The translations under genes and the position numbers were made by a program. A stretch of DNA of 52,708 bases from assembly GCA_028817795.1 (NCBI GenBank), contig JAPPOU010000038.1:1-52708 (forward strand), in the 5' to 3' direction. Each line of letters starts with the position of its first letter. Position 1 is the stretch's first letter. This document shows, one piece after another, positions 33,974 to 42,445 of this stretch. Origin of the DNA: Alphaproteobacteria bacterium (GTDB lineage Bacteria; Pseudomonadota; Alphaproteobacteria; Micavibrionales; UBA2020). The notes under the pieces are model-generated. The model ran no database searches. It saw only the letters and a list, made by a program, of their open reading frames with translations, and was not told where the DNA came from.

Positions 33974-35803
33974 TTACTCCCTAAGGAGGACCAGGCCCAC
34001 CTTTGGGTCGATCTGCCCGTCCGCAACCAAAAGCCGCACGCCATCTGCGCGGGAAATATGAGTCACGCCTTTTTCATGAAGAATATCATTCACGTTATGC
34101 ATTAATGCGTGGAAAATCGGGTCACGCTGCGATAAAGGCGTATCCACCACCAAAGCTTCCAAAAGCAGCGCCCGGCCCAAAACGCCGGTATGATTACACA
34201 GATCGCAGCCATTCGGGTTATGTGTATGAACAATATGCTCGGCGTGCAGTTGCAAAGCTTCGCGATCTTCTTCGTTCAGCGCATCACCTGCGGGAATTTT
34301 GCTGGTGCAACTATGGCACAGGGTCTTAATAAGACGCTGGTTCAAAACGCCCCTGATTTGCTGTGACAATGTATAAGTCGAAGATCGCTCGCGCTCGGAC
34401 GGCATAAAGGATTTCAAACGTTCCAGCGTCTGCACCGCCGTATCGGCGTGGATGGTCGAGATTACCGTGTGGCCGGATTCCGCAGCCTTCAACGACGTTT
34501 CCACCGTCGCCGCATCCCGCATCTCGCCAATGATGATATAATCAGGATCATGGCGCATCGCAGCGCGGATCAGGTCCGAAAAATGACGGCCCGGCCCATC
34601 GGCCACTTGCCATTGCGTTGCATAGCGCATTTCGTATTCAATCGGGTCTTCAATCGACAGAACATGGCGACGGCGGCGGTCAATTTCAAGAACGCAGGCA
34701 TACAATGTGGTCGACTTACCTGAACCCGTCGGGCCAGACATGAGTAGCAAACCGCCACCACCTTTAATCTCCGGTGCCAGCAGGCGCGTTAAATGCTCGT
34801 TGACCATGGGGTAGCGCGAAAACAGCTCTTCAAAAGAACGCAGACTGGCGCGATCCAAAAGACGCAACGTCAATTTTTCGCCATCTTGCGCTTGCGGCCC
34901 TGCCGCCACACGCACGTCGATCGCGCGGCCCTGCCATGTAAACCCAAACCGACCATCCTTGGGCGTTGATCTGTCACCAAAGTTTAGGCCCGCATCGCGT
35001 TTTAACAGCGTCGTTAAACGCGCCATCGCATCAGCGGGCAACAAGTGCATGGGCACCATATCACCATCAATGCGGTACTTGATCCAGTTTGGTGCATCGG
35101 GCGCGTTATCTTGCACCAGGTGAATATCCGATACGCGCATCTGCAACGATTCCGCCAGCATGTCACGCTGGAACTGGTTGAGTAAAAGGCCGTTATCAAT
35201 ATCGTTTAGCCACATCGCCAACGTTTTCTCGCAGCGGTCCGCCGACAAGTCATGTACGGACTGCAATGTGCGAACAAGTTCAGACCTGTCCCACAGCTCT
35301 ATATCGATCTTTTCAACTTTCAGGCCGATACGCAATGCTGTATTTTTCAGTGCGGCAAGCTGTCGGTCCGTCAAATCATAGAGCGGCGCAATCGTCAAAA
35401 CCCCCTTATCGAGCGAGACAAGGTGAATGCTGAGAGGCAACCATGACTGCACCGGCAACACCTGGCGCAATTGGTCGCCGGAGGCGCTGTCGCGTTCGCC
35501 ATCTGCAACCTCGGCTTCCGAACCCGCGCCCGCAGCGCTCAGCAATTGTTCAGCAGAGCGCGTTTGTCCTTGCTGTGCAAGCAGGGCGCGCTCGCGCATG
35601 ACCATATCCAAATATCTTTCACGCCCAATGTTGGACCGCGTCTTGCGACGATCGCCCTTGCGCCGTTCAAAACCGCCGGGCGGGCCAAGGTCTTTTTCAC
35701 GTCTGTCAGATTTACGGGGATCGGGCGGCAGGGAATCTTCCGGCCTTTTCATGCCGGTTTTTTCTAAAATCTCTTCCCTGTCTTTTCCCGTTGTATCGTT
35801 CAC
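33974..35803 (-). CDS. GspE/PilB-family type IV filament assembly ATPase with an Arg/Asp-rich N-terminal extension
   Basis: Walker A SGPTGSGKSTTL, Asp box VLSIEDPIEYE, Walker B DPDYIIIGEMRD, His box GHTVISTIHA, tetracysteine CHSC...CDLC, and an N-terminal GSPII-type domain. GTG start at 35803. Confidence 0.9.
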   Translation of the reverse strand: MNDTTGKDREEILEKTGMKRPEDSLPPDPRKSDRREKDLGPPGGFERRKGDRRKTRSNIGRERYLDMVMRERALLAQQGQTRSAEQLLSAAGAGSEAEVADGERDSASGDQLRQVLPVQSWLPLSIHLVSLDKGVLTIAPLYDLTDRQLAALKNTALRIGLKVEKIDIELWDRSELVRTLQSVHDLSADRCEKTLAMWLNDIDNGLLLNQFQRDMLAESLQMRVSDIHLVQDNAPDAPNWIKYRIDGDMVPMHLLPADAMARLTTLLKRDAGLNFGDRSTPKDGRFGFTWQGRAIDVRVAAGPQAQDGEKLTLRLLDRASLRSFEELFSRYPMVNEHLTRLLAPEIKGGGGLLLMSGPTGSGKSTTLYACVLEIDRRRRHVLSIEDPIEYEMRYATQWQVADGPGRHFSDLIRAAMRHDPDYIIIGEMRDAATVETSLKAAESGHTVISTIHADTAVQTLERLKSFMPSERERSSTYTLSQQIRGVLNQRLIKTLCHSCTSKIPAGDALNEEDREALQLHAEHIVHTHNPNGCDLCNHTGVLGRALLLEALVVDTPLSQRDPIFHALMHNVNDILHEKGVTHISRADGVRLLVADGQIDPKVGLVLLRE

Positions 35804-35823
35804 AATCCGTCCATCAGGTTTTT

Positions 35824-37431
35824 TTACTGTTCACTTGTCGATGATGATGTTGCCGTTGTCGTCATCTCCGGCTCTGCCGGAGAGATCGTACCAATGCGGA
35901 AAGACTTGTCAAAGAACAACGTCACATCCTCATGTTCCCGGCTCAACACAACGCCGTTTTCAACAATCGTGGCCATCCAGCGGGCGCCACCAATAAATGA
36001 TTCACGCCCGTTGCGCACAATAATACTGCCACCCGGCCCGCTCAGCACCGCCTTTTGCGCCGACATAGACGTCACGGACACACCGTCCAGCGATGCGCCC
36101 ATATTCGCCAGAACATCGGCAACGTCGTTCAAGTCAGGCGGCGTTGTTCGCGCCTCTCCCGCACTTCGCGGGCGCTGCCCTCCTGTTTCTGCCTGGCTTC
36201 CACCATCAAGCATGGGGAGAGATGATTGCCGCACCTGCAAAGAAGACGTATCACGCGGTGCCGCCGCCGCCGCTTCACCGCGAATAGGTAAAACCAAAAC
36301 GCCCCGCGCTCCGGTATGCAAAACCTGCAAATCATCTACCAGCGCACCCGCCCTGTTCGGCGTCCAGCTAATCGTAAGAACGCACGCGCCGCCGGGGGTA
36401 ATTTCGGTGCCCACCCTACAGCCGTCACGCGACAACGACAACCCGCTATCCGACCCCGCAAGACGAATGTTCTTGAGCGTTAACGCGGAATAGCCGGAAT
36501 TCACCAGCATCACCGTATTGGACGACACGCTATTGATGCCCGTGCCAAAGTTCACTTCCGTTTTATCCGCCACTAAAAGCCCCATATCCGGCACGGATTC
36601 AGGATAAATCGCGGCGCTGGCCCCTGTGGGCGGTTGATACGTGCCTTTTATATCCACCTTTGTCAAACTGCTGTTGGCGGAGTGGCCGACAAGCAAAACC
36701 CCTTCCGTCAAACCACCGACCTGGGGCGTCCATGTAACATTCACAACACAAGATTCCCCGGCCACCAAACGCTCCGGACATTCGCTGACATATTTGAAGC
36801 CCGACAAAGCCGCACTATCCAGTTTTAAATTTGTCAGCGTGACCGGATCTGCCGTGCGGTTACGCAGCAAGATAGAACGCACCAGTGGAAGGCCGCTATT
36901 GACGCTACCAAAATCCAGCGTTTCCGGCACGGCTTCGACATCCATTTTAACTTTATCGAGCTGTTGCGTTGAAGAGCTTTCCGCTTCCCCGGTAATCGCC
37001 GCCTTGGCAAGGCGCGAGCGACCATCGTGGTCAATCAACACTTCTACCCTATAGGCGCCCGCCTGCAAGCCCGTCACGGCAACGGTAATAGCACATTGCC
37101 CTTCCGGCGGTAATGGCTCTTCCGCACATTTATTCAAATTGACCTGTGCGGCAACGCCGGATGACGGGTAAAGGTTTACACCCAATGTCTTGACAGGTTG
37201 CGTGCCGTTGTTTTGAAAGACTGTCACGACATATGCCGTCGTGCCGACCGCAACCTTGCCGGCCACAATCGAATCTTGCACGGCCTTCAAGTCAGGCCCT
37301 GCCGCCGCGCCCGCTTTGCCCGATGTCGGGTCCTTAAACGCATTGAACTGCGCCAGCGCCGGATAAGACGTCAGGCACAACCCCATTACCAGAATAAAAG
37401 CCAGCCTTTGCATGCCAGATACAAATATCAC
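35824..37431 (-). CDS. Secreted protein with three tandem beta-sandwich (ASH / choice-of-anchor-D-like) repeats and a PilP/GspC-HR-like C-terminus
   Basis: Signal peptide MQRLAFILVMGLCLTSYPALAQ. There are three repeats of about 85 aa, each ending C.(V/I)(T/N)(V/I)...P...G pattern. The C-terminal VTSMSAQKAVLSGPGGSIIVRNGRESFIGGARWMATIVENGVVL resembles secretin-binding PilP/GspC modules. The start is GTG 37431 or ATG 37413. Confidence 0.55.
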   Translation of the reverse strand: MIFVSGMQRLAFILVMGLCLTSYPALAQFNAFKDPTSGKAGAAAGPDLKAVQDSIVAGKVAVGTTAYVVTVFQNNGTQPVKTLGVNLYPSSGVAAQVNLNKCAEEPLPPEGQCAITVAVTGLQAGAYRVEVLIDHDGRSRLAKAAITGEAESSSTQQLDKVKMDVEAVPETLDFGSVNSGLPLVRSILLRNRTADPVTLTNLKLDSAALSGFKYVSECPERLVAGESCVVNVTWTPQVGGLTEGVLLVGHSANSSLTKVDIKGTYQPPTGASAAIYPESVPDMGLLVADKTEVNFGTGINSVSSNTVMLVNSGYSALTLKNIRLAGSDSGLSLSRDGCRVGTEITPGGACVLTISWTPNRAGALVDDLQVLHTGARGVLVLPIRGEAAAAAPRDTSSLQVRQSSLPMLDGGSQAETGGQRPRSAGEARTTPPDLNDVADVLANMGASLDGVSVTSMSAQKAVLSGPGGSIIVRNGRESFIGGARWMATIVENGVVLSREHEDVTLFFDKSFRIGTISPAEPEMTTTATSSSTSEQ

Positions 37432-39185
37432 GGCGCACCTCCTGCATTGTCATCAGCCCGCGTCAGTGGCATGGGCGCTAAATCCGTATGCCCTACGGGT
37501 AATTGCGGCATTTGCGGTTTTTGCGGTGCCTGTACGTCGGGGTAATTTTCTTCAAAACCGCCGTTGGCCGATTCGCCGTTATTCCCCGCTTGCGCGACCG
37601 GCGCAATGTCACTGCCGAAAACGCGGCCCATCTGGCCGCTTAAATCACGCGCCATCCGGTTATCGCGGGGCATTGTTGCCACCGGCACCGTATCCAGTTC
37701 ATCACCCGGCACGAAAGCAACAACACGGGGGCGCAAAAGGAAGACAAGTTCTGTATTGCGGGTCGTCGCAGCGCGGGCCGATGAAAACAACGGCTTCATG
37801 AAACCGGGGCCGCTTGATGTATATTCGTCTTTCTGCGTCACCATGCCACCGATCAAAATGGCATCACCCGGCCGTACGCGTACATAGGTGCTCAGGTTAC
37901 GCTGTGTCGTGCGCGGCAACTGAATTGTCGTGTTTGGATCAGGGTTAAAGGTATCAAGGCGTAACAGTTCATCAATGTTAATCGCGATCGAGCCGTAAAC
38001 CGTCGATTGGTCCCACGCGCTTTCCACGTTCATCGTCAGGCCTGTCTGCACCGTCCCTGTCGTCGTTGCAACCGTATCAGCAATACCCGGCGTGGTTGAC
38101 GGCGTGCGCGATACGCCGCTGACAAAGTTTTCCGTCTGCTGGATCAGCAACGATGCCGAACCGCCCGACAGCACCGCCAATTGCGGCTGCGATACCGTTT
38201 TCACCGTGCCATGTTCGGAAATAAACTCCAAAACCGTGCTAGGCTGGATGCCGTTTGATCCCGTCCATGCGGGCGTAATAGTAATGGGTGCCGCCGTGCC
38301 GTCCGGCGCACCGCCGGGCAGGATGATATCAAGGCCAAAATTGCCATCCTGCATCAAAACACTCCAATCAATACCGGTACGGTTCTGGTTATCAAGCGCC
38401 ACTTCCCAAATATGGGTTTCATAGATAATCATGGCCGTGTTTTTACGCAGGCGCTCGAAATATTTCTCCGCGCTTTTTTGCGTGCGCTGCGTTGCCGTAT
38501 AGATCATGACACGCGTTGTGCTGTCGATCACGGGCGTGGACCCAATCAGTGCCGTCAAGCCGGTGGCGATTTGGTCATACCCACCGCTGCTGCTACTGCT
38601 GCCGCTTCCTGATGATGACGAAGACGATGAGGACGATGATGAACTGCCGCCACTCGATGAGGATGAAGACGATGACGCCGTATCAGGCAGCGGCGGCAAA
38701 TCCACCACAAATGTCTCCGTGTCCTTGATCGTCATCAACCCGTCTTTGTAAACACAGTACATATTCGCAAGGCCGCAGATTTTATCCACAACCTCATCCA
38801 CCGTGCCGCGCAGGTTTGAAACAGCAATGCGCGCATTCATGGCACTTTCCGTTTCAAAGGCCAAGGAGACGTCATAGTCATCCAAAACCATCTGCAAGGC
38901 TGCCGCCAGCGACGTACCGCGTAACTCGAACGGGCCAATAAAATCTTCAGGCAACGGGTCTTGCGGGGCGCGTTGCGGCACCAGAACATCCCTGCCCAGG
39001 CGCACCCGCGTGACGGGGTCACGTTTTTCGTTCAGGCCCTGAAAACGATCCAGGGGCGGCGTCACTGTCGGCACAGAGGCAGAACGCCCATCCGGCACAT
39101 CAACGCCGGCACAGCTTGTCACGGCCAGCGTCAAAGGCAAAAGCAGGCACAAAGCACGCAGCGTGTATTTAAATTTATGCGGCAT
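37428..39185 (-). CDS. Lipoprotein secretin (type IVb R64 PilN-like outer-membrane channel)
   Basis: Lipobox LTLAVTSC. Secretin core ...TVKTVSQPQLAVLSGGSASLLIQQTENFVSG...YVRVRPGDAILIGGMVTQKDEYTSSGPG...NTELVFLLRPRVV. Confidence 0.85.
   Translation of the reverse strand: MPHKFKYTLRALCLLLPLTLAVTSCAGVDVPDGRSASVPTVTPPLDRFQGLNEKRDPVTRVRLGRDVLVPQRAPQDPLPEDFIGPFELRGTSLAAALQMVLDDYDVSLAFETESAMNARIAVSNLRGTVDEVVDKICGLANMYCVYKDGLMTIKDTETFVVDLPPLPDTASSSSSSSSGGSSSSSSSSSSSSGSGSSSSSGGYDQIATGLTALIGSTPVIDSTTRVMIYTATQRTQKSAEKYFERLRKNTAMIIYETHIWEVALDNQNRTGIDWSVLMQDGNFGLDIILPGGAPDGTAAPITITPAWTGSNGIQPSTVLEFISEHGTVKTVSQPQLAVLSGGSASLLIQQTENFVSGVSRTPSTTPGIADTVATTTGTVQTGLTMNVESAWDQSTVYGSIAINIDELLRLDTFNPDPNTTIQLPRTTQRNLSTYVRVRPGDAILIGGMVTQKDEYTSSGPGFMKPLFSSARAATTRNTELVFLLRPRVVAFVPGDELDTVPVATMPRDNRMARDLSGQMGRVFGSDIAPVAQAGNNGESANGGFEENYPDVQAPQKPQMPQLPVGHTDLAPMPLTRADDNAGGAP
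38580..38675 (-). repeat. Poly-Ser/Gly low-complexity linker inside the secretin (aa 171-202)
   Basis: SSSSSSSSGGSSSSSSSSSSSSGSGSSSSSGG, encoded by mixed AGC/TCA/TCG/TCC codons with short TCATC/GTCGTC-type DNA reiterations. Confidence 0.9.
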
Positions 39186-39562
39186 TATCTTGCAGCCCCC
39201 CTTTGCAACAGACGGCCAACCGTCGATACCAATCTTTCTTTTTCAACAGGCTTTAACATGACGGCGGCCACGTTGTGACGCCCCGCCCGCTCCAAAAGAC
39301 TGGGGTCTTGGTCGCCCGTTACCAAAATAACCGGAATTTTAAAGCCTTCGGCTTGCAGGACGGAAATAAAATCAAACCCGCCCATCGGTTCCATGCGCAC
39401 GTCGACAATGGCAAGTGATACATCATTCGCGACAACGTCCAGCGCATGATCGCCGTCCGTCGCCTCACGCGTGTCGTAACCCGCCCCCTTCAGGAAGGTA
39501 ACAATCTGCATCCTGACAAAGTCGTTATCCTCGACAACCAATATTGTGCGCTGTTCGCTCAT
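39185..39562 (-). CDS. Single-domain response regulator (CheY-like receiver)
   Basis: ILVVEDNDFVR...LAIVDVRMEPMGGFD...PVILVTG...MLKP carries the acidic pocket, the phospho-Asp and the conserved Thr/Lys. The stop overlaps the secretin start (TAATG). Confidence 0.85.
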   Translation of the reverse strand: MSEQRTILVVEDNDFVRMQIVTFLKGAGYDTREATDGDHALDVVANDVSLAIVDVRMEPMGGFDFISVLQAEGFKIPVILVTGDQDPSLLERAGRHNVAAVMLKPVEKERLVSTVGRLLQRGAAR

Positions 39563-39689
39563 ACTCCCCTTAGCAGCTTGTCTCTTCCAAAACAGAAAAG
39601 ACGATCACGCCCCCATCAATCAAAAACCCCGCAGGAAAAAAATCCTGCGCGCCGCGCCATGTAACCCCTTACATAGAGCCGCACCTTTA

Positions 39690-39701
39690 AAGTATATACT
39701 T
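39690..39701. promoter_or_regulatory. Perfect 12-bp palindrome in the divergent control region (candidate operator)
   Basis: AAGTATATACTT, lying between the receiver/secretin operon (start 39562, minus strand) and the prepilin peptidase gene (start 39756, plus strand). Confidence 0.3.
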
Positions 39702-39755
39702 AAGATTAAAGAGTCTACAACTGGCAATTACGGAACGCAGAGGGAACAGCACGGC

Positions 39756-40271
39756 ATGACGGACACAATTCTGCAAATTGTTCACATAACGGTGTTCATC
39801 TCGATTTTCGGCGTGATGATCGCGTTGGCTGCCATAGACGTAAAGCATTACATATTGCCAGATGTACTCAACGCCGCGCTCGGCATCCTCTTCCTTGCAT
39901 TTCATCAACTTGCAGGATGGCACCTGATCTCCCCCACACAGGCATTGATTGGCGCGCTGGCGGGGGGCGGCATGCTGCTGGCCATCCGCTGTGCCGCTAA
40001 TGCCTATTACAAAGCCGACACGCTCGGTTTGGGTGATGTGAAGCTAATGACCGCAGCGGGTTTGGGGCTTGGATTTCCAGATATACTGATGGCCCTCTCC
40101 CTTGGCGCCATGGTCGGGCTGGGGCACGGTATAATTATGGGAATAAATGAGCGGCGGCGGGGGAATAAAAACGCCTCTTTTGCCAAAGTTAATGTCCCTG
40201 CGGGCTTGGGCCTTTGCGTGGGAATCGCTATCATGTTCCTGATCGCATTCCAAATGAACTGGCTGGCATGA
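39756..40271 (+). CDS. Short (171-aa) A24-family prepilin peptidase without a methyltransferase domain
   Basis: First catalytic Asp in LAAIDVKHYILPD, second in GLGDVKLMTAAGLGLG. The track start at 39546 would read through the divergent promoter, so ATG 39756 begins the first TM segment. Confidence 0.8.
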   Translation: MTDTILQIVHITVFISIFGVMIALAAIDVKHYILPDVLNAALGILFLAFHQLAGWHLISPTQALIGALAGGGMLLAIRCAANAYYKADTLGLGDVKLMTAAGLGLGFPDILMALSLGAMVGLGHGIIMGINERRRGNKNASFAKVNVPAGLGLCVGIAIMFLIAFQMNWLA

Positions 40272-41503
40272 GCACGACGATGCAAAACAGCAAAGGCGCA
40301 CTGGACGGACTGCGCGTGTTTGACATGACACGCGTGCTGGCCGGGCCGTCAGCAACGCAGATACTGGGAGATTTGGGCGCAGAGGTTATCAAGATTGAAA
40401 AACCCGGCGCGGGCGACGACACACGCGGCTGGGGGCCGCCGTTTCTCAAAGACAATAACGGCAACGATACACAGGAGAGCGCCTATTACCTTTGCGCCAA
40501 CCGCAACAAGAAATCCGTCACGCTCGATTTCACAAAACCAGAGGGGCTGACGCTTGCCAAAAAAATCATCAGCACCTGTGATATTCTGGTTGAAAACTTC
40601 AAGACAGGATCGCTGGACCGTCACGGCCTTGGCTATGAAACGCTGAAACAGGAATATCCGGGGCTGATTTATTGTTCTATCACAGGCTTTGGCCATACCG
40701 GCCCCTTAAAAGACGATGCGGGATATGATTTCATGATACAGGCCATGGGCGGTATCATGAGCGTCACGGGCGATCCCGGCGGCGCGCCCATGAAGTGCGG
40801 CGTTGCCATTGCCGATTTGATGGCCGGGATGTATGCCGCCACCGGCATATTGGCCGCGCTGCATCACCGCGACAAAACAGGGCAGGGCCAGCATATTGAT
40901 CTGGCCCTTTTTGATTCGCAGGTCGCATGGCTGGCCAATGTCGGGCAATACTACCTGACCTCGGAAAACACCGTGCCGCGCCTTGGCAATGCACATTCCA
41001 CCATCGTGCCCTATGAAGCTTTCATGGCACAGGACGGCTGGATCGTGCTGGCTGTCGGTAATGATCGGCAGTTTCGTGACTTTTGCACCTTGGCCGGAAA
41101 GCCGGAACTGGCGGATGATCCGCGTTTTGAAACCAATGCAAAGCGCGTTGTCAACCGCGCGGCCTTAACACCCATTGTTAAGGACATCATTGCCGCAAAG
41201 ACCGTTACCCACTGGATGAAAACGCTGGAGGAAAAGCGCGTGCCCTGCGGCCCTGTGCAAACCGTCGACCAGGTTTTCGCGCACCCGCAGACAAAAGCAC
41301 GAAACATGACAATGACGCTGCCGCATCCCGCGTCACCAGAGCCCGTCACGCTGACGGCAAGCCCCCTGAAAATGTCGGCCACGCCCGCCACATATCGCCA
41401 TGCCCCGCCCACACTGGGCCAGCATACCCATGAAACACTGAAAAACCTTCTCGCTATGAATGATGACGACATCGCCCACCTGCAACAACAAGGAGTGATT
41501 TGA
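40268..41503 (+). CDS. CaiB/BaiF family III CoA-transferase
   Basis: LDGLRVFDMTRVLAGPSATQILGDLGAEVIKIEKPGAGDDTRGW is the family N-terminal signature. The ATG overlaps the peptidase stop (ATGA). Confidence 0.85.
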   Translation: MSTTMQNSKGALDGLRVFDMTRVLAGPSATQILGDLGAEVIKIEKPGAGDDTRGWGPPFLKDNNGNDTQESAYYLCANRNKKSVTLDFTKPEGLTLAKKIISTCDILVENFKTGSLDRHGLGYETLKQEYPGLIYCSITGFGHTGPLKDDAGYDFMIQAMGGIMSVTGDPGGAPMKCGVAIADLMAGMYAATGILAALHHRDKTGQGQHIDLALFDSQVAWLANVGQYYLTSENTVPRLGNAHSTIVPYEAFMAQDGWIVLAVGNDRQFRDFCTLAGKPELADDPRFETNAKRVVNRAALTPIVKDIIAAKTVTHWMKTLEEKRVPCGPVQTVDQVFAHPQTKARNMTMTLPHPASPEPVTLTASPLKMSATPATYRHAPPTLGQHTHETLKNLLAMNDDDIAHLQQQGVI

Positions 41504-41504
41504 T

Positions 41505-42443
41505 ATGACCGCCCAAACCGCCCTGAAAACCCAACCGCCCCTGTATAAAAGCCTGACCGGCATTGCCGAACTATCTGCGAACGAGATTAACGATATCCTT
41601 GACCTTGCCGATCACTATGTCGTGCAAAACAGGCGCCGCACGCAAACGGCCGCGCTGTTAAAAAACATGACCATCATCAACCTGTTTCTTGAAAATTCGA
41701 CGCGCACGCGCCTGTCGTTCGAAATCGCGGCCAAGCGTCTGGGCGCTGATATCGTCAACATGGCGGCAGACGGCTCATCCTTAAGGAAGGGCGAGACCCT
41801 CCGCGATACGCTATTGACCATCAACGCCATGCTGCCCGATCTTGTCGTCATCCGCCACCCGGAAGACGGCGCAGCCATTGAAGCTGCCAATGCCATGGAC
41901 TGCCCCGTCATTAACGCAGGCGACGGCATGGGCGAACACCCGACGCAGGCGCTTTTGGACGCGCTGACCCTGCGCCGTCATTTCGGCACTATAGACGGCC
42001 TGAACATCACGATTTGCGGCGATATCCTGCACAGCCGCGTTGCCAAATCAGGGGCCGTTCTTTTAAAGAAACTGGGCGCATTGGTGACGCTGGCCGGGCC
42101 GAAGGAGCTTGTCCCGCCCGGCATGCCCTCCTTTACCGACATTGGCGCTGCATTAAAAGACGCCGATGCCGTCATGATGCTACGCATTCAAAAAGAACGG
42201 CTGGAAAAAGCGCTATCCTACAGCGAGTCCGACTACTTCAAGAAATGGGGCCTGACGCAAGAGCGCATAAAGGTAATGAAGCCCGATGCCGTCGTCATGC
42301 ACCCCGGCCCCATGAATCGCGGCGTTGAAATTGATAGCGCTATCGCGGACGACCCCAAACGCAGCCTGATTACGACGCAGGTTGAAATGGGCGTTGCCGT
42401 GCGCATGGCCTGTCTTGACCTTCTCACCCGCCGCAAGAGGTAA
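41505..42443 (+). CDS. pyrB: Aspartate carbamoyltransferase catalytic subunit
   Basis: NLFLENSTRTRLSFEIAAKRLGAD, HPTQALLD, HPGPMNRGVEI. Confidence 0.95.
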   Translation: MTAQTALKTQPPLYKSLTGIAELSANEINDILDLADHYVVQNRRRTQTAALLKNMTIINLFLENSTRTRLSFEIAAKRLGADIVNMAADGSSLRKGETLRDTLLTINAMLPDLVVIRHPEDGAAIEAANAMDCPVINAGDGMGEHPTQALLDALTLRRHFGTIDGLNITICGDILHSRVAKSGAVLLKKLGALVTLAGPKELVPPGMPSFTDIGAALKDADAVMMLRIQKERLEKALSYSESDYFKKWGLTQERIKVMKPDAVVMHPGPMNRGVEIDSAIADDPKRSLITTQVEMGVAVRMACLDLLTRRKR

Positions 42444-42445
42444 AC

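Noticed and set aside
39546-39755. 70-aa N-terminal extension of the prepilin peptidase suggested by the ORF track. Similar extensions occur at 6266 (FecR-like), 40214 (CoA-transferase), 43050 (SolA-like), 25403 (ankyrin A7) and 24794 (BamB).
   Set aside because: The extensions read through divergent promoter regions or upstream genes. Internal ATGs coincide with SD sequences, with ATGA/TAATG coupling, or with the expected signal peptide or first TM segment.
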